A DNA stretch of 59,295 nt, counting the filler. It is 6 parts of 6 records of this genome, joined end to end, with 100 filler letters (N's around TTAATTAATTAA, not from the genome) between each part and the next. Parts side by side here need not be neighbours in the genome. Positions count along the whole stretch, not along the records: positions 28,636 to 43,965 come from SRR2962707_5209; positions 44,066 to 59,295 come from SRR2962707_5218; 4 more parts are not named here. One strand, written 5' to 3'. Below are positions 42,062 through 54,300 of this stretch, piece by piece. The position numbers and the translations under genes were made by a program. The notes under the pieces are model-generated. The model was given only the letters and a program-made list of their open reading frames with translations. It was not told where the DNA came from and searched no databases. Every line of letters starts with the position of its first letter. Position 1 is the first letter of the stretch.

Positions 42062-43708
42062 ATGGAACCCTTTTCGTTTAAGAAAATTTTGAGGACTGGC
42101 ATGAGCTATGCCCAAAGCCCGCTGGATAAGCGGAGGGTTGCGCTATTCAATTACCTTATTGTTTTCTGTGTTTGCACAAGCTTCATTCTGGGCCTCATTA
42201 CATTGTCATTTGGTTTAATTGTACAGCCTGTTTTATGCCTGATCGCTTGTCTGTTACTGTCACTCTCCCTCTTATTTAATAGTCAGGGTAAAATCTCTTT
42301 CTCCAAGGGATATTTCATTTTTATAGGTGTGGCGATGATTGTAGGTGCGGTTCTTGTTTATGTAGAGGAAGGGACATATGTAGATACTGAAAATATGCTC
42401 TATGCAGCCATGGCCATCTCTATGTTCATGGTAGATGGGGTTAAAAAGCACTTTGCCTACTGGTTTATTTTTGCTTGCTTCCTAACGCTGAAAGTAATTA
42501 TACTAAACAGCCAGGGGCTTGAATTTGGAAATACGTATGGATTAATTATCGTAAATAATCTGGTAGTAGCGTCCATTCTATACTTATTCCTTTATGTTTT
42601 CCGATCTATTTTGATCAAAGCATTTGATCGCTCTGATCAGCAGGAACAAACACTGAGATCACTTCTTGACAATGCACCTCTGCTGATGGCATTGGTTGAT
42701 AAAGAAGGAAATTTCATTCTTGCGAATAACAACTACGCCAGTCGGTTTGGTTATACCAGAAGGGATATAATCGGTCGAAATAGAAAAGAAGTTTTATCAT
42801 CACACATTTTTGAGAAACATGAACCGATGTTTCAGGATGTACTGAAAACAAAAAAGCAGGTTTCATTTTTAGAAGAAACCAACCTTCCGGATGGGTCTGT
42901 GATATCAGCCAATGGAAAATATGAGCCAATTCTGAATGCTGACGGAGAAATTGAATCTGTGGCTATTTGTGTGGACGATGTTTCAGAACTTGTACGAGCA
43001 CATAAGGCACTGAAAGTAGCGAATGAAACAAAGGATAAATTGTTCTCAATTATTGCTCATGACATCAAAAGTCCGCTTAACCTTTTTCACAGTATCCTCA
43101 ATCTGAACCATGATGATGTTATTTCTAAAGAGCAGTTTATTGAATATCAAAACAGTCTAAAACAACGCTTAGGAAGTTTGACAAGTACTGTGGATGAGCT
43201 ACTTGATTGGGCACGTATGCAGCTTGGAGGCATCAATGCGTATCCGGCAAAAGTGAACATTAGTGAGGTGGTGCATGAAAATGCAGATCTTTTTCATACG
43301 CTTATAAAGCGAAAAAACATAGACTTTAAAATTGATACGCCTAAAGACATGGAAGCCTGGATTGATGAAAATCACTTCAAGGTGGCTTTGAGGAATTTAA
43401 TTCATAATGCCATTAAATATACCAATGGGGGAGGCAGTGTGCAGGTAATCAGCGATCAAAATGAGTCTGTAACCACGGTAAGCATTGTTGATTCAGGTGT
43501 AGGGATGTCTTCTGAGCGAATTCAATCAATCATCAAGAAGGAAATTCAGAAATCAAAGGCAGGAACCGATCAGGAACTGGGAGCTGGATTGGGTCTGAGT
43601 CTGAGCCTTGGATTATTAGAAAAAAACAACTGCAATGTGTCTTTAACAAGTGAACCGAATAAAGGCACCAAAGTGGAAATCAAAATCCCCAAGTCAGCCA
43701 CAGAATAA
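42062..43708 (+). CDS. Membrane-bound PAS sensor histidine kinase (tandem paralog)
   Basis: Same architecture; SIIAHDIKSPL, NAIKY, DSGVGM, GAGLGL; shares ETEN/DTEN, KDKLFSI and LLEKNNC with the upstream kinase. Confidence 0.93.
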   Translation: MEPFSFKKILRTGMSYAQSPLDKRRVALFNYLIVFCVCTSFILGLITLSFGLIVQPVLCLIACLLLSLSLLFNSQGKISFSKGYFIFIGVAMIVGAVLVYVEEGTYVDTENMLYAAMAISMFMVDGVKKHFAYWFIFACFLTLKVIILNSQGLEFGNTYGLIIVNNLVVASILYLFLYVFRSILIKAFDRSDQQEQTLRSLLDNAPLLMALVDKEGNFILANNNYASRFGYTRRDIIGRNRKEVLSSHIFEKHEPMFQDVLKTKKQVSFLEETNLPDGSVISANGKYEPILNADGEIESVAICVDDVSELVRAHKALKVANETKDKLFSIIAHDIKSPLNLFHSILNLNHDDVISKEQFIEYQNSLKQRLGSLTSTVDELLDWARMQLGGINAYPAKVNISEVVHENADLFHTLIKRKNIDFKIDTPKDMEAWIDENHFKVALRNLIHNAIKYTNGGGSVQVISDQNESVTTVSIVDSGVGMSSERIQSIIKKEIQKSKAGTDQELGAGLGLSLSLGLLEKNNCNVSLTSEPNKGTKVEIKIPKSATE

Positions 43709-43794
43709 AATACTCTTTAGTATTTGACTCTAGGCTAGTTCTGAATAAGTATTCACCCCACCCAGAACAAACGTCCTAACTCTTTTTGATAAAT

Positions 43795-43880
43795 AAAAAA
43801 GCCCTAACGAACGTTGAGGCTTTAGAGTGACTCGCCTGGGCTTCCCGAAACCAGTTCGGAACAGGCTTCTCGCCAACAGG
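43795..43880 (-). repeat. Degenerate copy of the adjacent tRNA 3' end with palindromic insert, plus terminator
   Basis: Minus strand TTCCGAACTGGTTTCGGGAA-GCCCAGGCGAGTCAC (compare tRNA CCCCAGGCCAGTCAC), then an AAAGCC...GGCTTTTTT hairpin. Confidence 0.75.
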
Positions 43881-43897
43881 ATTTTATGGATTAAAAC

Positions 43898-43929
43898 AAA
43901 AAATCCCAACCATAAATGATTGGGATTTT
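43898..43929 (-). terminator. Terminator directly after the tRNA
   Basis: AAAATCCCAA...TTGGGATTTTTT inverted repeat. Confidence 0.8.
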
Positions 43930-43936
43930 CGTAATG

Positions 43937-43965
43937 TGACTGGCCTGGGGCTCGAACCCAGGACC
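43937..43965 (-). tRNA. tRNA 3' end (T arm plus acceptor), probably tRNA-Lys; truncated by contig end
   Basis: GGTCCTGGGTTCGAGCCCCAGGCCAGTCA: T arm CTGGG-TTCGAGC-CCCAG. Isotype is inferred because the anticodon is not in the window. Confidence 0.75.
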
Positions 43966-44065
43966 NNNNNNNNNNNNNNNNNNNNNNNNNNNNNNNNNNN
44001 NNNNNNNNNTTAATTAATTAANNNNNNNNNNNNNNNNNNNNNNNNNNNNNNNNNNNNNNNNNNNN
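43966..44065. other. Artificial contig linker
   Basis: N44-TTAATTAATTAA-N44, followed by a genomic T22 run at the start of the next contig. Confidence 0.99.
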
Positions 44066-44199
44066 TTTTTTTTTTTTTTTTTTTTTTGCGCGCTTCGTGC
44101 AGCGTGACTCGACTCGCTGGAAAGTGAGCGAGAAAGGGACGAGGCACCTACTCGACCCAGTAAAAAGAAACGAACCTCGTTGTAGGCTCCAACAACACA

Positions 44200-47100
44200 A
44201 TGCCCGACACTGCAAACGGCAATCTCATGGGCGACGGCTTTTTCGAGGACATCCTCTCGCAGTTTGAGAAGGACATCGAGAACATTGACGTCAACTTGGA
44301 AGACCTGGAGAGCCACTCAGATGGGGCTGAGAGTGCGGCCCTGCAGGATAAAGACGAGGTCGACGACGTGGCGGGAGACTTTGCGATTCCTGAAATCAAT
44401 TTCAGAGACATTCAAATTCCAGCATCGGTGGACAGCAGGGACCACTCGGGGCAGGGCGAGTACGAACTAGCCATGGCCAACGTGAGCAGTCCTCTGCAGT
44501 TGTCCCCAGCTCCTGCCCCTGCCCCAGCACCAGCTCGTGCGCCATTAGCGTCGACACCAGCATTTGCCTCAGATCGTGGACATTCTGCTGCGTCAGTGCC
44601 ACGTTCAGCAGCTTCTGGTAGCACCACGGGCACGCAGCTGAAACCTGTTCCTTCGGCCGGTGAATCAATGCGGCCGCGGGTGCGGTCTCCTACGCCTCCG
44701 CGTGATCCTATTCCAGGCCTTCCTCCGACCCCTAAGTTCGACGAGTGGCTCGCAATTCGTGGACTGTATGACTTGCGGGACGCAATCGTGTCGCTCGGGT
44801 ATTTGGACCAGGAGCAGCTGCGCAACATCACCGCAGACGAGATGCGTTCTATTCGTGTAAAACCTGTTGTTCGTCGAAAGCTCATGGATGCACTCGACGA
44901 GGTGGATCGTGATTTTTCAGAGCGTGAACGACAGCAGCAACTCCAAATTGCCCAAATGCAACTTCAGATGCGCCGGCTGGAGCAGCAAATGTTTCAAAGC
45001 AAGCAACAAGAACATGCACAGCACAACGAATATGATAATCAGCGAGGCCAGCAGTCACAACCATCTGCAGCCAGCACTGAGCAGAACGGCAACAGGGACA
45101 GAGGGTCATTGCACTCACGCGACCATTCCGACCCTCCACCTCCAGGTCTCGGTCTTCGGGGCCATGGTGGAGTTCCGGTCTCCAGTTTGCCTCAGTCAGC
45201 CACAAAACCATCTCGCACGGCAGTCAACAAAGTGTCTGCTCCTCCTGGAATTTTGTCTCCTTCACAGACGCTGGCGTCAAAGCTTCGGACCAACAAGAAA
45301 AACACCACCGACGCTCGAACACCGCCGACGCGAAAGTCGCTAATGGGTGTCGTGGATGTGTTCACTCGCAACTTAGCTCAGCGAGAACAGGGCGCCTTTG
45401 TGGCGGCTACAATGGACACTGCTAGAGCTCGCAGCCAGAACGTCGACGCAAGCCATTCCCTGGCCGTTGGAACTCTGTACGGAGGACCCGGATACTACAA
45501 TGAAAATGCTGCGTCACCGCACAAGCAAGAACCAGTCGGCGTGGGCGGTGTGACTGTTAGTGCTCGTGACCGCCGTCACATGGCGAACCTTGGAGTTGCA
45601 CGGCGTGCAAACGCACGCGCCGCTAACATCTCGGGAATGGAGCACCTTGCAGGAATTAATCGACGCGACACCACTGACCGCACCAATCTTCTTGACCGGA
45701 GTGATAGCGAAACAACGGCAAAGCAGCATGTACAGCATGATGACACTGACACCCGAGCGCTCGTGAGCTACCAATTGCGGCTTCACGCATATCTGCATTT
45801 GAAGCGTCGAAATGCAGCGCTGGTCATCCAACAGGCATTTAGGCTGCACGCACTTTGCAACCCGCTCTCAGCAACCTTCAATTGCCTGCTGAATGCGTTT
45901 GCATCGCTTGTGAAAGATCCCTCAATTGTGGACTCGATGAAAATGTTGACGCCCCTCCTTACCCAGATGCTGAACCGTGCTTCCACGGAGGGAATGGGTT
46001 CTGAAGGTAAAAGCAGTTCCTCAAAGCCTCGTGATCTTCGTGCTGCGGAGGAAAAAGACTTGGCGCTGTTAAAAGGCACTCTCTTATCACAAGGCGTCTC
46101 GGGCATCGTTGCCGAAGCTGCTGTTCGTTTCACCCGTGTGTGGCTGCTTACCATGGCCGAGCAAAAGGCCCTCGCTGCAAGAGTAGCTGCTGAAACACTT
46201 GCTGAGAGCCAAGGGCCCGAGGCACAGATTGCAGCGGGCAAAATGGCGGTGCCAAATCTTGCAGCGTGCATCCGCTTGCACACTAGTGGAAAGGTTGCGC
46301 AAGCGAATGAAGCGCTGTACACTGCCATGCTGGCCGGAGAAAAGGCACACCAGCAAGTAGATGAGGCCGACAACCTGCGACAAAAACGGCGACAAGACGC
46401 CTTGCATCTCGCTGCCGCAAGAGCAGTGCAGCCTCGACAAACAATGAGCCCACGGCGTACTTCCTTTGGATCAGCTCGAAGTGGGCAAAGTCAACAGCGC
46501 CGTCCAAGCACATCCTCGTCGTTACAACAGGATTCTGATTCAAACAATCAGCGAAATCGTGATCTCAGGACGAATCAAGCAACAGCTGTGCAGCAGCCAA
46601 ATCAACCAAAAGATGCGCTTGATGACACTGCACCTGCTGCTGCTGGTGGACTGCGAAAGTCCACGGTGAGAATGTCCGGGCAAAAGCCAGTCTGGATGCC
46701 TGGCGGCACCACCACTCCAGCTACTTTTCTTTCAGTCGGGAGAGAGATGGTGCAGTCGTACAGCCACCATAATGTCGTTGTTGTCACACCTGGCAAATGG
46801 CAAGTGGAAACGTGTGCAGTTGCGCCATCCAAAACCCAACCTGGGGCGTCCAAGGAGTTCGTTGCGACTCAAAAGAAAAAAGAAAAGCAGGAACGTCGTG
46901 CACGGCGCCACAATGGACCTGCACGAGGTTCAGTCCCTCGCGGTGGGCATGGCAAGTCCATCACTGGTCACGTGAAAAAGAGCCGGGCGCACGCCACCCC
47001 GAAGAACATGTATGTGCAGCGCATTAGTAAGTGGATTGATCCAGCGACCAGCTCTGCCCGCCAAAAGCAGTCGTCTCGGCCACAAGAGCAGTCGCAAGTG

Positions 47101-48239
47101 CACTCCCGTGTGGTAAAAGGTAGCAATCGACCAAACGCGGTGAAACCGGTCTCGCACCCAAGGCCATGGGGAGCAGGCACACCACAATCTTTGGATCGCC
47201 ACGCTCGAAACAAGGCTGGCGGCTCTGAGCCAGTGCGCAAATTTGTGCCATCAAGGCTACCTAAGAGTCAGCGTCCAAAACGTGCCGCCCCGGCTCCTGG
47301 CCTTCCGCCACCTGGCTACTTCTCCAAAATTGACGCTCCATTTGTGCCCTTGACCAACGATGGTGAAGATGGTTTTGGCGGAGGTGGCTTTGCCTCCGAC
47401 CCTGCCGAAGCTGCCTTTGACGATATGCGTCACGGAGACCTGGAGGAGCTTGTGGCACTTGATCAGACCCGTGCAGAAAAGGCCGAACATGAACGGCGCC
47501 GCAATGCACGTCGCAACCCCAACTCAGTTGATGCGTGGTGGCCGTCCTCACCGCAAACAAAAAAACAGGATCGCCGCTCACGCAACAGTACAGGAACCTC
47601 CGCAGGAATCAATGTGAGCTTTGACCAAAGCCCACTTGCTGATTTCGAGCGGGCTATTCGAGATGTTAGCTTGCCTGAGACTACGTTCTTTTCGGCGGAA
47701 GACTCGACAGTCGTGGAAGATGAGGACATTGAAAGAACGGTGTCGGAGCTTGAGGCACGTGGAATTGGCAAGTCTGGCAACGCAGTCGTACGTCGCTTTC
47801 CGCTGGGCCTTTTGGTTTCTTAAAGCTGTCTTTCGTGAACGTTGGAAATCTATTTTGTCAATGATTTGCCATGGGTTTCTCTAATTGGTTGTCGTGTTCA
47901 CAGGCGCGTGGCAGAATTGGTAGCTCGTATGTGCAGCATCGCCAGCAAGCTCGCGTGGATAAACATTCAAGAAGAGCGGACAAAGCGCGTCTGCGTGCAG
48001 GGGCTTGGGGGGACTCTGATATTGAGAGTTTGTATGACGCGGCGTCCCAGGCATCACCTGAAGAGGTTGAGCGGCTGCTGGCTCAGACCAGCAAACGTGC
48101 AGGCTCATACATGCCCTTTCCGCCACACACGACCCAACCCACTCAAAGTCGAAGCTCCCGCCCAGATGCGGCCAGTGCACGCACTCGCAATAGTCGGATG
48201 GTCGGAGGCAATTTCGGGCCTGCAGGCACAAGGCGATAG
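44200..48239 (+). CDS. Eukaryotic SAM-domain, IQ-like-motif, largely low-complexity protein (probable intron 47788-47903)
   Basis: SAM-like FDEWLAIRGL..L...IVSLGYLD.EQL..IT.DE...I.VKPV.RRKLMDAL, then Gln-rich coil; AALVIQQAFRLH; the GTACGT..CACAG intron joins it in frame to ORF 47871-48239. Confidence 0.75.
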
Positions 48240-48367
48240 TCCAAGCTCAGCCTCGCCATTGTTTTATTGTGAATGAGTGTAGTGGTCTCACGGTATAATT
48301 TATCAATCTTGGGCAGTGTCTCAGCTTGTTGTCCAAAAACATACGGGCCCGGCTCATGCCTTTATTT

Positions 48368-51300
48368 TTACAAACCAGAGATCATAAACCACACCGGACG
48401 GCGCTTTTGCTTCGAAAACACCGCCGAGCGCACATAGATGGGAACAGTGCGACTGATTTTGACGCGGCGATACAACACTTGACGAAGTGCAGAATGAACA
48501 CATCCGTTAAACTGGAAAGTCCAATCATCCTTAGGATCTGTTGGTCCCTGAAAACTTGGAGCCAACTCAGTAACCTAACAAATGCACAGAAAACACACAA
48601 AGTAAGCATGAACTGTCGTGGATACTAACTTTGAAATCACTCACCCCAAACTGATCATGCACTGGTGGATGACAACTGACCGTTGGGGGCACGCTACGGC
48701 GATACTTGAAAAGTCTCAGCTCTTCAGACATCCAGTCCCAGACTGATAACATTTCTTGAACATCTGACACAGCTTCGTCGAACCATGCCCGCCAATGTTT
48801 CGACTCGAAGGAAATTCCCTTAGACCCGGCTAGCTCTCCAATTTTTGCCGCGCACTGGAGGCGCAGTTTCTTTGTCTGGGCAGCGAAAAAATAGAAACAT
48901 TACGATCGGTTTTGCATACCGCAGATATGGCTACACTAGAAAGTAAGTAATGGTGTGTACCGTACCTGAAGTGGCTGGTTTGGAGGCAACTTTTCGATGT
49001 ATCGGCTCACAAAATCAAAGATGTCTGGCAGGAATGGTACACTCTCATCATCAGCCGGAATTGGTTTGGTCAAGCGATTTGGCACAAATGGGCGAGGTTT
49101 GCCAACATCGGGACGCGATGCCGTTTCTTCGATGATTTGATTGTAAACACGGTGGATGTCGACGTCGGCAATTCCTTGCAGATTCAAACCTAGACCAAGA
49201 CAAGCAAAAATACGCACAACGTATAAGTTCTGAGAACGTCCACCATGACATGAACTGGATGCTGTTTGCTTCGCCTCAACCGATACTTGTGACTGATCCT
49301 TACCTTCAAAAGCCTGCAACCTGAGCCTAATTTGTCTCGTCGGGAGCTCCTCAATCAAATTCCAGGTGTGTTCGGTTCGCTCGTTGTTGTTATTATCCAC
49401 ACTTTGGCCCGACAGCCCAGCTGCAGAGCTCAACTCAGCGGCACTGGTGCCAGAGCCAGAGCCCCGCTCCAGAAGCAACGTGCGGCCTCCCATGTGTTGC
49501 GTCGCGACAATTTTTTGAATTGCGTATGAAAGACCACGAGAACGAACATCTTCGCCACAAACAGCAATCAACTTGTCGCCCACCCAAACTTCGCCGCCTT
49601 TTCGCACTGGAGACGCTTGTGTGAAGCCTTCAACCACGATATCACCACCGACGCCTCTAAAGATCACACCAATGGATCCCTGGGGTACCGTTACCTCAAA
49701 AGTTGAGCCAGGGCTGTGTTCCCTGCTTGGCACAGTCCCAGCGCCGGAGCCCCGCCTCAGAAGCGATAAACATCTAGGCCCTGCGGTTTTGACCAGGTTG
49801 GCAAAAAAGTCCGTATCGCGCCCCACCGTAGATGCTCCATTAACACAGGCAATAATATCACCTTGCTGAAGTCCAGGTTGAGCCGTAGGACGCAACTCGT
49901 CGATGACAACCACATTGACACCATTGACTACGTCCTCAGCAACAATGCATCCCATCGAGCCTGGAGAAAGGTGCACATCGACAAGATGGCTGCCCTCAGG
50001 TAGTCCAAGAAGTGACACGAGACTGTCTTCAATCTCAGACGTCACACGATTGGACCTGCTATTAAGATCTTGCTCTACACTGTCCTGCTGCTGTTTGTCG
50101 TGTTCACTGTTAGGCAAACCTGAGAGCAGGGGTGAGCGATAAGTTGGCTTTTTGACTGAACTTTCGTCGACAGCCTGAGAAGCTGGACTTTGGGATCGTC
50201 GTTGCTGCGTAGCTGGCGTGCTTTGCGGTACTGCAGCTGCAGTCAATGAGCTGTTTACATCACGTTGCGACTGAGCGTTGGCTTGGGCCCGTAACTCGGC
50301 AGCCCGATCTCGCTGTTCACGCTGTGTTGCAGCAAGGGTCCGACGTGCTTCTTCAAGTGCGTCACGCTCCTCTTTCACTCGGCGTCGTTCTTGTTCGAGC
50401 ATGTCTTTTTGTCTTTGCAGTTGTGATTGCTGCTCTTCCAAACTACGGGCTTCCTGTGACCGAGCTTCCTCTCTCTCTTGCAAAGATGCGTTCAGCTGCT
50501 CTTTCTCTGCAGCAACTCGAAGCCGCTCGCGCTCAGCTTTCTCAGCGCGCTCTTCTTGGCGTCGCGCCAGAGACTGAATTTGCTCTAACTGTGCAGTCTT
50601 GTTGGCGAGATCCTCTGCTTGCTTCTTTAGACGAGCTTGATACTCAGACTGCTCCTCCAAATCCACAAGCAACACTTTGTCGGCTTCGGCGTCCACACCG
50701 GTGGCCTCGACCACCTCACGCTCCACAGAAACGATGTTGACCTGAACGTACGAATCCGGGATAAAGGTTGCGGCCAGAGGGCCAGCTTTCAGCGCTTCTT
50801 CGTCCCCAACGTGAGCACATTGCCACCACTCGCCATCTTTGGCAATTCCAATCAGATCATCACCACGAACTGCAGTAATGCAGTTCTTTAGGGTACTATC
50901 ACCAGCGCGCACATTGTACAGCACCTTCAAACGGACTTGGGTTTCCAAAAAAACTCTTCTGCGCGTCTTGATTGAAGCGACATTTTGCTTTGCGGGGGAC
51001 AGCCCAGGGGAATTAAGGCGTGTTTGTGGTGCGCCTGATGTGGCAGCGGCTGGAGAGGTAGACGTACCGATAGCTTGGGCCGGGGTATTGTGCTTAGATT
51101 CGGAACCGTCAAGTTCAGCTTGCTGCAGTTGTTTCTTTTTCTTGTCTGTGCTGGTTTGTTTCTTCTTTTTTAGCTTCAGGGCCTTCTTAGCTTCATCGTC
51201 TTCGACAGCCCGTACTCGAGTCTCGGCTGCGGCTTGCTGCAGCTCTTGGGGAGCCCTTGTCACGGGTTCAAAGCCCGGTCCTTGCTGGACGGCGGCCTTC

Positions 51301-54300
51301 GGGACCAGTCCTTCAACCTCTACCTTTTTCAGCACAGCAACTGGCACAGCCCCAATGTCTCCAAAGCTGTTCTCAACTTGAACCCACTCGTCCAAAGATT
51401 CCCCGGGTTGTGCACCGTAAAAGTAAAGCACCTCGTCTCGAGCAACGCTGAGCTCATCAGAGTGCCCAGCATCATACCGGTAGATCGCGATGTATCGCAC
51501 GCGCTCATCGTCTGCGTGACCATTCTGTCCAGTGTGCCCATAGCGCGATTGCGTGTCTCCATCATTGAACTCACGCACAGAAGCCCACTCATCAAGACTA
51601 AAGTCATCTTCTTGATGCGGAAAAAAATATGGCTGTGCATTCCGCACATCGCTGCCTTGACTGTGGGTTCCCAGCGCACCTGCCGTCTGCCGGAACACAG
51701 CTGGTTCATCGTGATGGTTCGCATGACCAGCGCTACGTCCATCATCCTCGTGAAACTTTCGGGGACTTGGAACTTCATGAGTATTCAGAATCTCTGTGTC
51801 TGCCAGGGCGTCTTTCATACCCTTCGGAAGGAAATCGATGGACATGTTTGTGACGGAGTTTTGAAGAAGGCGAGCCAAGGTAGCCCCCTCTTCGAATAAC
51901 GCGCGAACGAACTCATCCGGATGACGAAGCGCAATCTGCAGTGTCTCCGCAGCTTGAGATACGGATCGGATGCGGTTGAGCGAGATTTCGCGCACTGCCT
52001 CTTCCATTTCCGCGACATAGGGTTCAGCTCTCTGCACTACAGTCAAATCCTCGCCAATGAGATCAAACTCTCCATCCAGCCACAAATCTTCACCCTCTTC
52101 TGACATCATGGACGACCCGGCTTCATCCAAACCAGGACCGCCCACGTCAAAGCCTTGATCGCTCTCATTGTAGTGGTGATGATTAACAACAGCTGTGGAA
52201 TCATCACTGTTTCTGGCTGCATTAGGTCGTTTCGATGAGCGGATATTCCACGATGCGTCAGCCCACTTTTCTTCTTTGGAATGTCGCCCATGCCCCTGGT
52301 CCCTCTGGCGCCGTGCTGCAGCAGCAGCTGCTGCGGCTCGAGTGCCTTTGCGCTGCAAATGGGTTGAATCACGGCTGTTGGGATTACGCATTCGCAGACT
52401 TCCTCCGGCAGCAGCCGCAGCGACCGCTTCCGAAGAGCCAGTCCCAAAAACGGGGGAACCGGAGAGAAGACCGGCAGCTTCCCGCCCAAAACCGTTAGCA
52501 TTGTGCTTGAGAATTACCCACAAAGCCAGACCATTTGGCAGGTCTGGTCGAGCCATTGCATCACTCCTGGTTTCTCCTGTCAAACGGTTGTACCTAACAG
52601 AAACACATCCACCGCCAATGTAACAGGAAAAAGCACATTCACGTCTAGCAGCAACACGGGAACAACACATCGGCACACAGAGGCAACCTACCAGTATGTG
52701 AACACTTTCGGAACATCCGATTTACGCTGTCCGACCTTCATAACGTAATCAAGTTCTGCCAATTCTGGGGACACAATGATGTCGCTACCATCTTCGCCGA
52801 CGCGGATTGTGACGGGATCTCCAGCATGGATGTTTAATCGATTCGACGGAACCCAGCCTTCATCTCCGGCAGCATCGCGTGCCCATTGCCACAATGAAGC
52901 ATCGGTACCTTTTCGAACTGCTTCCACTCGTGCACTTGGAACGAACAACACCAATTTCTGGCCACGTTCAATGGATAATTCATTTGCCGCGACGCGAGCT
53001 TGAAAGTCATACAAAGCCGTGGCTTCAAAAACAGTCAGATCTGCGCTGCTTTGAATCTTCTGCTCCTGCTCAGGTTCCGTGATTCCGGTCACTAGCTCCC
53101 AACCAAGAAGCTCGCGGTCATCAGACACAGCACAACGGCGATCAACTTGAGCACGTGCCACGGCTTGGGCAGTTGCACTTGTCTTTCCACGTCCGAGACC
53201 GGAGGCCAGCCTTAGAGTATTTGACGATGCCCACAGCGCAGGACGTCCAAGAATGGAGTGCGAAGGTCCACACAGTGATGCCACACACACTTGGAGAGCC
53301 TCGCACCATTGGGTTGTCTCGACTTGCGACTTTGCCTGAAAGACGATGTCAGTCGCCTCACTGGCAGCTGCATCCCCAAAAAAGATGTTGCTGACCGCAA
53401 ACGTTTTAGAAGTCAATCTGCGCACAGTTGTTTCGGTTCGCAAGAACAGTGCCTGTGACGCACTGGTGTCATGACTTACGAACTGGCCGGTAATGTTGCT
53501 GCTCGACGATGCACTTGTTGCTGGCCGTGGGTGTACACGCCACTCCTTTTCATTGTCATACCACTGCAACTGTCCACCTCCCAACAGAACAAAAAAGCGT
53601 TTGGCAAAGTGCTGACCGAGAACCCGACCTTGTTTTGGCAACACTAAGCCACCCCGCATCAAGCATGGCGGTGCCAATTTGGCAGCGGCACTTTCGTCTG
53701 CTTCCAAATCTGGGGGCTTCGTAATAAAGGACCCTGTACGGCTGTTGTACAATACAGTACGCCCCCCTCCACCGCCCCGGCGCCCACCGACCCCGGCAGC
53801 AAGTTCGACTTCCTCCCAGTCTTCTCCACTTTTACCAACTAGTTCATGCAATAACTCCTGCGCCTGAGCGTATGCATCACGGTACGCAGAACGAGGGTGT
53901 GTGTGAACGCGCAGAATCGTCGCTGTGTCAAGCAAGGCCCCGAGGTGCTCAACTGACACCGACTGGAGCGCCACAAAAAGTTTAGCCACCATTTCTTCGA
54001 CGGCATTGGCAGCAGCTACGTAGTCCAGAGACACGTGCAGTTCTTTTTGGCAAGTCACCAAAAAGTCCTGTTCTGCGCTGGTAAAGTCGACGCTGCGCAA
54101 GGAATCACCGCCCAGCCCAGATCCAAAACGACCACCATCCTTGAAAACATCACAAGCGGCCCTGGCTTCGCGCACCAGATCTGCCAGCTTGAGGCCTGTC
54201 ATGTCCTTCTGTGCCGGGCTCTCGTTCGCATCTGCACCAGCAGAAGTGCCGTCTTGAGCTCTCGCTTGTGCCTGTCCTTGCCGCGCAAGCTCATTCTCCA

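Noticed and set aside
37798-43936. Integrative island between the two convergent tRNAs
   Set aside because: No integrase or transposase, the flanking remnants belong to different tRNAs (not a matched attL/attR pair), and composition matches the rest of the contig.
44014-44316. Poly-Lys ORFs running into the N linker
   Set aside because: Artefacts of the T22 homopolymer and N run at the contig start.
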